A DNA stretch of 64,000 bases, taken from positions 410,316,001-410,380,000 of the forward strand of contig OZ024741.1 of the NCBI GenBank assembly GCA_964016885.1. Reading direction: 5' to 3'. Position 1 is the first letter of the stretch, and every line of letters starts with the position of its first letter. Position numbers and translations under genes: made by a program. The stretch is from Eledone cirrhosa. Its lineage: Eukaryota. The notes below the pieces were generated by a model. That model made no database searches, was not told the origin of the DNA, and worked only from the letters and a program-made list of their open reading frames with translations. Shown here piece after piece: positions 1 through 13,646 of the stretch.

Positions 1-3000
1 CTGTCTATGTTGTTTAACCCTTCCATTACCATATTTCTTATGTAAGACACTGTCTATGTTGTTTAACCCTTCCATTACCATATTTCTAATGAAAGACACT
101 GTCTATGTTGTTTAACCCTTTCATTACCATATTTCTAATGTAAGACACTGTCTATGTTGCTTAACCCTTTCATTACCATATTTTCTATGTAAACACTGTC
201 CATGTTGTTTAACCCTTTCATTACCATATTTCTAATGTAAGACACTGTCTATGTTGTTTAACCTTTTCACTACCATCTTTAACAATTTCATTACCATATT
301 TCTTATGTAAGACACTCTCTATGTTGTTTAACCCTTTCATTACCATATTTCTAATGTAAGACCATGTCTATGTTGTTTAACACTTTCATTACCTTATTTA
401 TAATGTAAGACACCGTCTATGTTGTTTAACCTTTTCACTACCATCTTTAACACTTTCATTGCCATATTTCTTATGTAAGACACAGTCTATGTTGTTTAAT
501 CCTTTCATTACCATATTTCTAATGTAAGACACTGTCTACGTTGTTTAACCCTTTCATTAGTATATTTCTAATGTAAGACTCTGTCTATGTTGTTTAACCC
601 TTCCATTACCATATTTCTAATGTAAGACACTGTGTATGTTGTTTAACCCTTCCATTACCATATTTCTAATGTAAGACACTGTCTATGTTGTTTAACCCTT
701 TCATTACCATATTTCTAATGTAAGACTCTGTCTATGTTGTTTAACCCTTCCATTACCATATTTCTAATGTAAGACACTGTTTATGATGTTTAACACTTTC
801 ATTACCATATTTCTAATGTAAGACACTGTCTATGTTGTTTAACCCTTTCATTACCATATTTCTAATGTAAGACTCTGTCTATGTTGTTTAACCCTTTCAT
901 TACCATATTTCTAATGTAAGAGACTGTCTATGTTGTTTAACCCTTTCACTACCCTATTTCTAATGTAAGACACTGTCTATGCTGTTTAACCCTTTCATTA
1001 ACATATTTCTAATGAAAGACACTGTCTATGTTGTTTAACCCTTTCATTACCATATTTTCTATGTAAACACTGTCTATGTTGTTTAACCCTTTCATTACCA
1101 TATTTCTAATGTAAGAGACTGTCTATGTTGTTTAACCCTTTCATTACCATATTTCTAATGTAAGAGACTGTCTATGTTGTTTAACCCTTTCATTACCATA
1201 ATTCTAATGAAAGACACTGTCTATGTCTTTAACCCTTCCATTACCATATTTTTAATCTAAGACACTGTCTATGTTATTTAACCCTTCCATTACCATACTT
1301 CTAATGTAAGACACTGTCTATGTTGTTTAACACTTTCATTACCATATTTCTAATGTAAGACACTGTCTATGTTGTTTAAACCTTTCATTACCATATTTCT
1401 AATGTAAGAGACTGTCTATGTTGTTTAACCCTTTCATTACCATATTTGTAATGTAAGACACTGTCTATGTTGTTTAACCATTCCATTACCATATTTCTGA
1501 AGTAAGACAATGTCTATGTTGTTTAACCCTTTCATTACCATATTTTTTATGTAAGACACTGTCTATGTTGTTTAATACTTTCATTACCATATTTCTAATG
1601 TATGACACTGTCTATGTTATTTAACCCTTTCATTACCATATTTCTAATGTGAGACTCTGTCTATGTTGTTTAACTCTTTCATTACCATATTTCTAATGTA
1701 AGACAGTGTCTATGTTGTTTAACCCTTCCATTACCACATTTCTAATGTAAGAAACTGTCTATGTTGTTTAACCCTTTCATTACCATATTTCTAATGAAAG
1801 ACACTGTCTATGTTGTTTAACCCTTCCATTACCATATTTCTCAAGACTCTGTCTATGTTGGTTAACCCTTTCATTACCATATTTCTAATGTAATACACTG
1901 TCTATGTAGTTTAACCCTTTTACTACCATATTTCTAATGAAAGACACTGTCTATGTTGTTTAACACTTTCACTACCATATTTCTAATGTAAGACCCTGTC
2001 TAAGTTGTTTAACCCTTTCATTACCATATTTCTAATGAAAGACACTGTCTATGTTGTTTAACCCTTTCATTACCATATTTCTAACGTAAACACTCTCTAT
2101 GTTGTATAACCCTTTCAATACCATATTTCTAATGTAAGAGACTGTCTATGTTGTTTAACCCTTTCATTACCATATTTCTAATGTAAGACGTTGACTATGT
2201 TGTTTAACCCTTCCATTACAATATTTCTAATGTAAGACACTGTCTATGTTGTTTAACCCTTTCATTACCATATTTGTAATGTAAGACAATGTCTATGTTG
2301 TTTAACCCTTCCATTACCATATTTCTTATGTAAGACACTGTCTATGTTGTTTAACCCTTTCATTACCATATTTGTAATGTAAGAGACGGTCTATGTTGTT
2401 TAACCCTTTCATTGCCATATTTCTAATGTAAGACACTGTCTATGTTGTTTAACCCTTTCATTGCGATATTTATAATGTAAGACACTCTCTATGTTGTTTA
2501 ACCCTGTCATTACCTTATTTATAATGTAAGACACTGTCTATGTTGTTTAACCCTTCCATTACCATATTTCTAATGTAAGACACTGTTTATATTGTTTAAC
2601 CCTTTCATTACCATATTTCTTATGTAAGAGACTGTCTATGTTGTTTAATCCTTTCATTACCATATTTCTAATGTAAGACACTGTCTATGTTGTTTAACCC
2701 TTTCATTACCATATTTCTAATGTAAGACACTGTCTATGTTGTTTAACCCTTCCATTACCATATCTCTGATGTAAGACAAGACACTGTCTATGTTGTTTAA
2801 CCCTTCCATTACCATATTTCTAATGTAAGAGACTGTCTATGTTGTTTAACCCTTTCATTACCATATTTCTAATGTAAGACGTTGACTATGTTGTTTAACC
2901 CTTTCATTACCATATTTCTTATGTAAGACACTGTCTATGTTGTTTAACCCTTCCATTACCATATTTCTAATGTAAGACACTGTCTATGTTGTTTAACCCT

Positions 3001-6000
3001 TTCATTACCATATTTCTAATGTAAGACAATGTCTATGTTGTTTAACCCTTCCATTACCATATTTCTTATGTAAGACACTGTCTATGTTGTTTAACCCTTC
3101 CATTACCATATTTCTAATGTAAGACACTGTCTATGTTGTTTAACACTTCCATTACCATATTTCTTATGTAAGACACTGTCTATGTTGTTTAACCCTTCCA
3201 TTACCATATTTCTAATGTAAGACACTGTTTATATTGTTTAACCCTTTCATTACCATATTTCTAATGTAAGACCCTGTCTATGTTGTTTAACTCTTTCATT
3301 ACCATATTTCTAATGTAAGAGACTGTCTATGTTGTTTAACCCTTTCATTACCATATTTCTAATGAAAGACACAGTGTATGTTGTTTAACCCTTCTATTAC
3401 CATATTTCTCACGACTCTGTCTATGTTGGTTAACCCTTTCAGTACCATATTTCTAATGTAATACACTGTCTATGTAGTTTAACCCTTTTACTACCATATT
3501 TCTAATGAAAGACACTGTCTATGTTGTTTAACACTTTCACTACCATATTTCTAATGTAAGACCCTGTCTATGTTGTTTAACCCTTTCACTACAATATTTC
3601 TAATATAAGACCCTGTCTATGTTGTTTAACCCTTCCATTACCATATTTCTTATGTAAGACACTGTCTATGTTGTTTAACCCTTTCATTTCCATATTTCTA
3701 ATGTTAGACACTGTCTATGTTGTTTAAACCTTTCACTACAATATTTCTAATGCAAGACACTGTCTATGTTGTTTAACCCTTCCATTACCATATTTCTTAT
3801 GTAAGACACTGTCTATGTTGTTTAACCCTTTCACTACCATATTTCTAATGTAAGACACTGTCTAAGTTGTTTAACCCTTCCATTACCATATTTCTCACGA
3901 CTCTGTCTATGTTGGTTAACCCTTTCATTACCATATTTATAATGTAATACACTGTCTATGTTGTTTAACCCTTTCATTACCATATTTCTAATGTAAGACA
4001 CTGTCTATGTTGTTTAACCCATTCATTGCCATATTTCTAATGTAAGACACTGTCTATATTGTATAACCCTTTCACTACAATATTTCTAATATAAGACCCT
4101 GTCTATGTTGTTTAACCCTTCCATTACCATATTTCTTATGTAAGACACTCTCTATGTTTTTTAACCCTTTCATTACCATATTTCTAATGTTAGACACTGT
4201 CTATGTTGTTTAAACCTTTCACTACAATATTTCTAATGCAAGACACTGTCTATGTTGTTTAACCCTTCCATTACCATATTTCTTATGTAAGACACTGTCT
4301 ATGTTGTTTAACCCTTTCACTACCATATTTCTAATGTAAGACACTGTCTAAGTTGTTTAACCCTTCCATTACCATATTTCTAATGTAAGAGACTGTCTAT
4401 GTTGTTTAACCCTTTCACTACAATATTTCTAATGTTAGACACTGTCTATGTTGTTTAAACCTTTCACTACAATATTTCTAATGCAAGACACTGTCTATGT
4501 TGTTTAACCCTTCCATTACCATATTTCTTATGAAAGACACTGTCGATTTTGTTTAACCCTTTCACTACCATATTTCTAATGTAAGACACTGTCTAAGTTA
4601 TTTAAACCTTTCATTACCATATTTCTAATGTAAGAGACTGTCTATTTTGTTTAACCCTTTCATTACCATATTTCTTATGTAAGACACTGTCTATGTTGTT
4701 TAACCCTTCCATTACCATATTTCTAATGTAAGACACTGTCTATGTTGTTTAACCCTTTCATTACCATATTTCTAACGTAAGACACTGTCTATGTTGTTTA
4801 ACCCTTCCATTACCATATTTCTTATGTAAGACACTGTCTATGTTGTTTAACCCTTCCATTACCATATTTCTAATGTAAAGACACTGTCTATGTTGTTTAA
4901 CACTTCCATTACCATATTTCATATGTAAGACACTGTCTATGTTGTTTAACCCTTCCATTACCATATTTCTAATGAAAGACGCTGTCTATGTTGTTTAACC
5001 CTTTCATTGCCATATTTCTAATGTAAGACACTGTCTATGTTGTTTAACCCTTTCGTTGCGAAATTTCTAATGTAAGACACTGTCTATGTTGTTTAACTCT
5101 TGCACTACAATATTTCTAATGTAAGACACTGTCTATGTTGTTTAACCCTTTCATTACCATATTTCTAATGTAAGACACTGTCTATGTTGTTTAACCTTTT
5201 CACTATCATCTTTAACAATTTTATTACCATATTTCTTATGTAAGACACTCTCTATGTTGTTTAACCCTTTCATTACCATATTTCTAATGTAAGACCATGT
5301 CTATGTTGTTTAACACTTTCATTACCTTATTTATAATGTAAGACACCGTCTATGTTGTTTAACATTTTCACTACCATCTTTAACACTTTCATTGCCATAT
5401 TTCTTATGTAAGACACTGTCTATGGTGTTTAACCCTTTCATTACCATATTTTCTATGTAAACACTGTCTATGTTGTTTAACCCTTTCATTACCATATTTC
5501 TAATGTAACACACTGTCTATGTTGTTTAACCCTTTCATTACCATATTTCTAATGTAAGAGACTGTCTATGTTGTTTAACCCTTTCATTACCATATTTGTA
5601 ATGTAAGACACTGTCTATGTTGTTTAACCATTCCATTACCATATTTCTGATGTAAGACGATGTCTATGTTGTTTAACCCTTTCATTACAATATTTCTAAT
5701 GTAAGACACTGTCTATGTTGTTTAACCCTTCCATTACCATATTTCTTATGTAAGACACTGTCTATGTTGTTTAATCCTTCCATTACCATATTTCTAATGT
5801 AAGACACTGTCTATGTTGTTTAACACTTCCATTACCATATTTCTTATGTAAGACACTGTCTATGTTGTTTAACCCTTCCATTACCATATTTCTAATGAAA
5901 GACACTGTCTATGTTGTTTAACCCTTTCATTGCCATATTTCTAATGTAAGACACTGTCTATGTTGTTTAACCCTTTCATTACCATATTTCTAACGTAAGA

Positions 6001-9000
6001 CACTGTCTATGTTGTTTAACCCTTTCATTACCATATTTCTAATGTGAGACCCTGTCTATGTTGTTTAACACTTCCATTACCATATTTCTTATGTAAGACA
6101 CTGTCTATGTTGTTTAACCCTTTCATTACCATATTTCTAACGTAAGACACTGTCTATGTTGTTTAACCCTTTCATTACCATATTTCTAATGTGAGACCCT
6201 GTCTATGTTGTTTAACACTTCCATTACCATATTTCTTATGTAAGACACTGTCTATGTTGTGTATCCCTTTCATTACCATATTTCTTATGTAAGACACTGT
6301 CTATGTTGTTTAACCCTTCCATTACCATATTTCTAATGTAACACACTGTCTATGTTGTTTAACCCTTTCATTACCATATTTCTAATGTAAGAGACTGTCT
6401 ATGTTGTATAACCCTTTCACTACAATATTTCTAATATAAGACCCTGTCTATGTTGTTTAACCCTTCCATTACCATATTTCTTATGTAAGACACTCTCTAT
6501 GTTGTTTAACCCTTTCATTACCATATTTCTAATGTTAGACACTGTCTATGTTGTTGAAACCTTTCACTACAATATTTCTAATGCAAGACACTGTCTATGT
6601 TGTTTAACCCTTCCATTACCATATTTCTTATGTAAGACACTGTCTATGTTGTTTAACCCTTTCACTACCATATTTCTAATGTAAGACACTGTCTAAGTTG
6701 TTTAACGCTTCCATTACCATATTTCTAATGTAAGACACTGTCTATGTTGTTTAACCCTTTCATTACCATATTTCTAATGTAAGACACTGTCTATGTTGTT
6801 TAACCCTTTCACTACAATATTTCTAACGTTAGACACTGTCTATGTTGTTTAAACCTTTCACTACAATATTTCTAATGCAAGACACTGTCTATGTTGTTTA
6901 ACCCTTCCATTACCATATTTCTTATGAAAGACACTGTCGATGTTGTTTAACCCTTTCACTACCATATTTCTAATGTAAGACACTGTCTAAGTTATTTAAA
7001 CCTTTCATTACCATATTTCTAATGTAAGAGACTGTCTATTTTGTTTAACCCTTTCATTACCATATTTCTAATGTAAGACACTGTCTATGTTGTGTAACCC
7101 TTTCATTACCATATTTCTTATGTAAGACACTGTCTATGTTGTTTAACCCTTCCATTACCATATTTCTAATGTAAGACACTGTCTATGCTGTTTAACCCTT
7201 TCATTACCATATTTCTAATGTAAGACACTGTCTATGTTGTTTAACCCTTCCATTACCATATTTCTTATGTAAGACACTGTCGATGTTGTTTAACCCTTCC
7301 ATTACCATATTTCTAATGTAAGACACTGTCTATGTTGTTTAACACTTCCATTACCATATTTCTTATGTAAGACACTGTCTATGTTGTTTAACCCTTCCAT
7401 TACCATATTGCTAATGAAAGACACTGTCTATGTTGTTTAACCCTTTCATTACCATATTTCTAATGTAAGACACTGTCTATGTTGTTTAACCCTTTCGTTG
7501 CGAAATTTCTAATGTAAGACACTGTCTATGTTGTTTAACTCTTGCACTACAATATTTCTAATGTAAGACACTGTCTATGTTGTTTAACCCTTTCATTACC
7601 ATATTTCTAATGTAAGACACTGTCTATGTTGTTTAACCTTTTCACTACCATCTTTAACAATTTTATTACCATATTTCTTATGTAAGACACTCTCTATGTT
7701 GTTTAACCCTTTCATTACCATATTTCTAATGTAAGACCATGTCTATGTTGTTTAACACTTTCATTACCTTATTTATAATGTAAGACACCGTCTATGTTGT
7801 TTAACCTTTTCACTACCATCTTTAACACTTTCATTGCCATATTTCTTATGTAAGACACTGTCTATGGTGTTTAACCCTTTCATTACCATATTTCTAATGT
7901 AAGACTCTGTCTATGTTGTTTAACCCTTTCATTAGTATATTTCTAACGTAAGACACTGTCTATGTTGTGTATCCCTTCCATTACCATATTTCTAATGTAA
8001 GACACTGTCTATGTTGTTTAACCCTTTTATTACCATATTTCTAATGTAAGACTCTGTCTATGTTGTTTAACCCTTCCATTACCATATTTCTAATGTAAGA
8101 CACTGTTTATGTTGTTTAACCCTTTCATTACCATATTTCTAATGTAAGACACTGTCTATGTTGTTTAACCCTTTCATTACCATATTTCTAATGTAAGACT
8201 CTGTCTATGTTGTTTAACCCTTTCATTACCATATTTCTAATGTAAGAGACTGTCTATGTTGTTTAACCCTTTCACTACCCTATTTCTAATGTAAGACACT
8301 GTGTATGTTGTTTAACCCTTTCATTAACATATTTCTAATGAAAGACAATGTCTATGTTGTTTAACCCTTTCATTACCATATTTTCTATGTAAACACTGTC
8401 TATGTTGTTTAACCCTTTCATTACCATATTTCTAATGTAACACACTGTCTATGTTGTTTAACCCTTTCATTACCATATTTCTAATGTAAGAGACTGTCTA
8501 TGTTGTTTAACCCTTTCATTACCATATTTGTAATGTAAGACACTGTCTATGTTGTTTAACCATTCCATTACCATATTTCTGATGTAAGACGATGTCTATG
8601 TTGTTTAACCCTTTCATTACCATATTTCTAATGTAAGACACTGTCTATGTTGTTTAACCCTTCCATTACCATATTTCTAATGTAAGACACTGTCTATGTT
8701 GTTTAACACTTCCATTACCATATTTCTAATGAAAGCCACTGTCTATGTTGTTTAACCCTTTCATTGCCATATTTCTAATGTAAGACACTGTCTATGTTGT
8801 TTAACCCTTTCCTTGCGATATTTCTAATGTAAGACACTGTCTATGTTGTTTAACTCTTGCACTACAATATTTCTAATGTAAGACACTGTCTATGTTGTTT
8901 AACCCTTTGATTACCATATTTCTAATGTAAGACACTGTCTATGTTGTTTAACCTTTTCACTACCATCTTTAACAATTTTATTACCATATTTCTTATGTAA

Positions 9001-12000
9001 GACACTCTCTATGTTGTTTAACCCCTTCATTACCATATTTCTAACGTAAGACCATGTCTATGTTGTTTAACCCTTCCATTACCATATTTCTAATGAAAGA
9101 CACTGTCTATGTTGTTTAACCCTTTCATTGCCATATTTCTAATGTAAGACACTGTCTATGTTGTTTAACCCTTTCGTTGCGATATTTCTAATGTAAGACA
9201 CTGTCTATGTTGTTTAACTCTTGCACTACAATATTTCTTATGTAAGACACTGTCTATGTTGTTTAATCCTTTCATTACCATATTTCTAATGTAAGACACT
9301 GTCTATGGTGTTTAACCCTTTCATTACCATATTTCTAATGTAAGACTCTGTCTATGTTGTTTAACCCTTTCATTAGTATATTTCTAATGTAAGACTCTGT
9401 CTATGTTGTTTAACCCTTCCATACCATATTTCTAATGTAAGACACTGTTTATGTTGTTTAACTCTTCCATTACCATATTTCTAATGTAAGCACTGTCTAT
9501 GTTGTTTAACCCTTTCATTACCATATTTCTAATGTAAGACTCTGTCTATGTTGTTTAACCCTTCCATTACCATATTTCTAATGTAAGACACTGTTTATGT
9601 TGTTTAACCCTTTCATTACCATATTTCTAATGTAAGACACTGTCTATGTTGTTTAACCCTTTCATTACCATATTTCTAATGTAAGACTCTGTCTATGTTG
9701 TTTAACCCTTTCATTACCATATTTCTAATGTAAGAGACTGTCTATGTTGTTTAACCTTTTCACTACCCTATTTCTAATGTAAGACACTGTCTATGTTGTT
9801 TAACCCTTTCATTAACATATTTCTAATGAAAGACACTGTCTATGTTGTTTAACCCTTTCATTACCATATTTTCTATGTAAACACTGTCTATGTTGTTTAA
9901 CCCTTTCATTACCATATTTCTAATGTAAGAGACTGTCTATGTTGTTTAACCCTTTCATTACCATAATTCTAATGAAAGACACTGTCTATGTCTTTAACCC
10001 TTCCATTACCATATTTTTAATCTAAGACACTGTCTATGTTATTTAACCCTTCCATTACCATACTTCTAATGTAAGACACTGTCTATGTTGTTTAACCCTT
10101 TCATTACCATATTTCTAATGTAACACACTGTCTATGTTGTTTAACCCTTTCATTACCATATTTCTAATGTAAGAGACTGTCTATGTTGTATAACCCTTTC
10201 ACTACAATATTTCTAATATAAGACCTTGTCTATGTTGTTTAACCCTTCCATTACCATATTTCTTATGTAAGACACTCTCTATGTTGTTTAACCCTTTCAT
10301 TACCATATTTCTAATGTAAGACACTGTCTATATTGTATAACCCTTTCACTACAATATTTCTAATATAAGACCCTGTCTATGTTGTTTAACCCTTCCATTA
10401 CCATATTTCTTATGTAAGACACTCTCTATGTTGTTTAACCCTTTCATTACCATATTTCTAATGTTAGACACTGTCTATGTTGTTTAAACCTTTCACTACA
10501 ATATTTCTAATGCAAGACACTGTCTATGTTGTTTAACCCTTCCATTACCATATTTCTTATGTAAGACACTGTCTATGTTGTTTAACCCTTTCACTACCAT
10601 ATTTCTAATGTAAGACACTGTCTAAGTTGTTTAACGCTTCCATTACCATATTTCTAATGTAAGACACTGTCTATGTTGTTTAACCCTTTCACTACAATAT
10701 TTCTAACGTTAGACACTGTCTATGTTGTTTAAACCTTTCACTACAATATTTCTAATGCAAGACACTGTCGATGTTGTTTAACCCTTTCACTACCATATTT
10801 CTAATGTAAGACACTGTCTAAGTTATTTAAACCTTTCATTACCATATTTCTAATGTAAGAGACTGTCTATTTTGTTTAACCCTTTCATTACCATATTTCT
10901 AATGTAAGACACTGTCTATGTTGTGTAACCCTTTCATTACCATATTTCTTATGTAAGACACTGTCTATGTTGTTTAACCCTTCCATTACCATATTTCTAA
11001 TGTAAGACACTGTCTATGTTGTTTAACCCTTTCATTACCATATTTCTAATGTAAGACACTGTCTATGTTGTTTAACCCTTTCATTACCATATTTCTTATG
11101 TAAGACACTGTCTATGTTGTTTAACCCTTCCATTACCATATTTCTAATGTAAGACACTGTCTATGTTGTTTAACACTTCCATTACCATATTTCTTATGTA
11201 AGACACTGTCTATGTTGTTTAACCCTTCCATTACCATATTTCTAATGAAAGACACTGTCTATGTTGTTTAACCCTTTCATTGCCATATTTCTAATGTAAG
11301 ACACTGTCTATGTTGTTTAACCCTTTCGTTGCGATATTTCTAATGTAAGACACTGTCTATGTTGTTTAACTCTTGCACTACAATATTTCTAATGTAAGAC
11401 ACTGTCTATGTTGTTTAACCCTTTCATTACCATATTTCTAATGTAAGACACTGTCTATGTTGTTTAACCTTTTCACTACCATCTTTAACAATTTTATTAC
11501 CATATTTCTTATCTAAGACACTCTCTATGTTGTTTAACCCTTTCATTACCATATTTCTAATGTAAGACCATGTCTATGTTGTTTAACACTTTCATTACCT
11601 TATTTATAATGTAAGACACCGTCTATGTTGTTTAACCTTTTCCCTACCATCTTTAACACTTTCATTGCCATATTTCTTATGTAAGACACAGTCTATGTTG
11701 TTTAATCCTTTCATTACCATATTTCTAATGTAAGACACTATCTATGGTGTTTAACCCTTTCATTACCATATTTCTAATGTAAGACTCTGTCTATGTTGTT
11801 TAACACTTTCATTAGTATATTTCTAACGTAAGACTCTGTCTATGTTGTTTAACCCTTCCATTACCATATTTCTAATGTAAGACACTGTTTATGTTGTTTA
11901 ACTCTTCCATTACCATATTTCTAATGTAAGACACTGTCTATGTTGTTTAAGCCTTTCATTACCATATTTCTAATGTAAGACTCTGTCTATGTTGTTTAAC

Positions 12001-12217
12001 CCTTCCATTACCATATTTCTAATGTAAGACACTGTTTATGTTGCTTAACCCTTTCATTACCATATTTCTAATGTAAGACACTGTCTATGTCGTTTAACCC
12101 TTTCATTACTATATTTCTAATATAAGACTCTGTCTATGTTGTTTAACCCTTTCATTACCATATTTCTAATGTAAGAGACTGTCTATGTTGTTTAACCCTT
12201 TCACTACCCTATTTCTA
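1..12217. repeat. 49-bp tandem satellite array, segment 1 (begins before the window)
   Basis: Continuous head-to-tail copies of CTGTCTATGTTGTTTAACCCTTTCATTACCATATTTCTAATGTAAGACA with few substitutions per copy and recurring indel variants. No unique spacers. Confidence 0.99.
12211..12217 (+). repeat. Left target-site duplication of LINE (ATTTCTA)
   Basis: Identical heptamer at 13922-13928. Removing the insert and one copy restores the variant monomer seen intact near 956, 8282 and 9770. Confidence 0.9.
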
Positions 12218-12263
12218 CCCTAAAGTAACAGAAAGAGTTATAGCACAGCTGATTAGGGACCGG

Positions 12264-13619
12264 GTGAATATAGACGAGATGCAATTTGGGTTTGTACCAG
12301 GGAAAGGCACCACTGATGCCCTCTTCCTTGTGAGGCAATTACAGGAAAAGTACCTAGCTAAAAGTAAGCCACTCTACTTGGCATTTGTCGACCTTGAGAA
12401 AGCCTTTGACAGAGTTCCACGTGCAGTAATCTGGTGGGCTCTTAGAAAACTAGGAGTAGATGAATGGCTTGTGAAAGCGGTACAAGCCATGTATAGGGGA
12501 GCAGTCAGCAAAGTTAGGATTGGCAATGAGTATAGCGAGGAATTTAGCGTACAGGTTGGGGTCCACCAGGGCTCTGTTCTTAGCCCTCTCCTGTTCATCA
12601 TAGTCCTGCAGGCAATAACGGAGGAGTTTAAGACCGGATGCCCATGGGAACTCTTGTATGCTGATGACCTCGCACTCATAGCTGAATCTATGGTAGAACT
12701 AGAGAATAAATTCCAAACCTGGAAGCAGGGACTAGAGAGAAAGGGCCTCAAAGTCAACATGACAAAGACTAAGGTCCTTGTAAGTAGACGAGAAAACAGA
12801 ACCCAGATCCCCTCAGGGAAATGGCCTTGCTCAGTATGTAGGAAAGGTGTAGGTAGAAACTACATTCTCTGCCCCAAATGCAAACAATGGGTACACAAGA
12901 GATGTAGCGGGATCTCAGGAAGCTTAATTAAGAATGTAGGATTCACATGCAGCAGCTGTGCTGAAACAGCAAGCAAACAGCCACAGGAAACAAGTACCAC
13001 CAATCTCTGGGAGGGCCCTGTAGAAACAGTAGACAGCTTCTGCTACCTAGGTGACCGAATTAGCAACGGAGGTGGGTGCTCAGAAAGTACAATAACTAGG
13101 GTAAGAACGGGATGGAAGAAGTTTAGGGAACTACTACCACTGCTAGCTGCAAAAGGCTTCTCCCTCAGAATGAAAGGCAGACTGTATGATGCGTGTATCC
13201 GAACAGCGATGTTGCATGGTAGTGAGACCTGGGCGCTGAAGGTGGAAGACTTACGTAGATTAGAGAGAAACGAAGCCTGCATGCTCCGATGGATGTGTAA
13301 CAGTAATATACGTGAACGACAAAGCATAAAGGAATTGAGAGAGAGACTGAGCATAAGAGGAATCAAATGCTGCGTGCAGGAGAGGCGGTTACGCTGGTAT
13401 GGACATGTGATGCGTATGAAGGATGACAGCTGCATAAAAAGGTGCAGAGCACTAGAAGTTGATGGAAACCGCGGAGTGGGGAGACCCAAGATGACTTGGG
13501 ATGAGGTGATAAAAGCTGACCTTACCCAACTACACCTCTCAAAGTCAATGACACACGACCGTGACTTCTGGCGTCACGCAGTAATACAGGGTACCCAACC
13601 TCCCATGGGTACATGCTGA
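12264..13619 (+). CDS. Reverse transcriptase of RTE-clade LINE, N-terminally truncated, with an internal PHD-type zinc finger
   Basis: Motifs QFGFVPGKGTTDA, AFVDLEKAFDRV, GVHQGSVLSPLLF, LLYADDL (YADD at 12657-12668), GLKVNMTKTK, FCYLG. The frame stays open upstream of the GTG to the junction (KVTERVIAQLIRDR from 12222), so the GTG is not a real start. No stops or frameshifts up to TGA at 13617-13619. Confidence 0.93.
   Translation: MNIDEMQFGFVPGKGTTDALFLVRQLQEKYLAKSKPLYLAFVDLEKAFDRVPRAVIWWALRKLGVDEWLVKAVQAMYRGAVSKVRIGNEYSEEFSVQVGVHQGSVLSPLLFIIVLQAITEEFKTGCPWELLYADDLALIAESMVELENKFQTWKQGLERKGLKVNMTKTKVLVSRRENRTQIPSGKWPCSVCRKGVGRNYILCPKCKQWVHKRCSGISGSLIKNVGFTCSSCAETASKQPQETSTTNLWEGPVETVDSFCYLGDRISNGGGCSESTITRVRTGWKKFRELLPLLAAKGFSLRMKGRLYDACIRTAMLHGSETWALKVEDLRRLERNEACMLRWMCNSNIRERQSIKELRERLSIRGIKCCVQERRLRWYGHVMRMKDDSCIKRCRALEVDGNRGVGRPKMTWDEVIKADLTQLHLSKSMTHDRDFWRHAVIQGTQPPMGTC
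12828..12959 (+). other. C4HC3 (PHD-like) zinc finger coding segment within the RT ORF
   Basis: CSVC-x10-CPKC-x4-H-x2-C-x14-CSSC (aa 189-232 of the ORF), with aromatic F two residues before the last Cys pair. Confidence 0.8.
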
Positions 13620-13646
13620 AGCATATAAACAATATGCCCCCCCCCC

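Noticed and set aside
2771-2786. Micro-duplications such as AAGACAAGAC (about 2773) and TAACCTTAACC (about 19385, 21570)
   Set aside because: Ordinary slippage variants, used only as duplication markers.
4761-6684. Short ORFs 4761-4964(-), 5331-5513(-), 6499-6684(+)
   Set aside because: They are translations of the satellite cycling through three frames where point variants removed stops. No coding evidence.
12264-13619. Bacterial retron, DGR or group II intron RT, or telomerase-like synthesis of the array by this RT
   Set aside because: Motifs and C-terminus are RTE-type, the insert contains no template matching the monomer, and empty paralogous sites indicate it arrived after the array formed.
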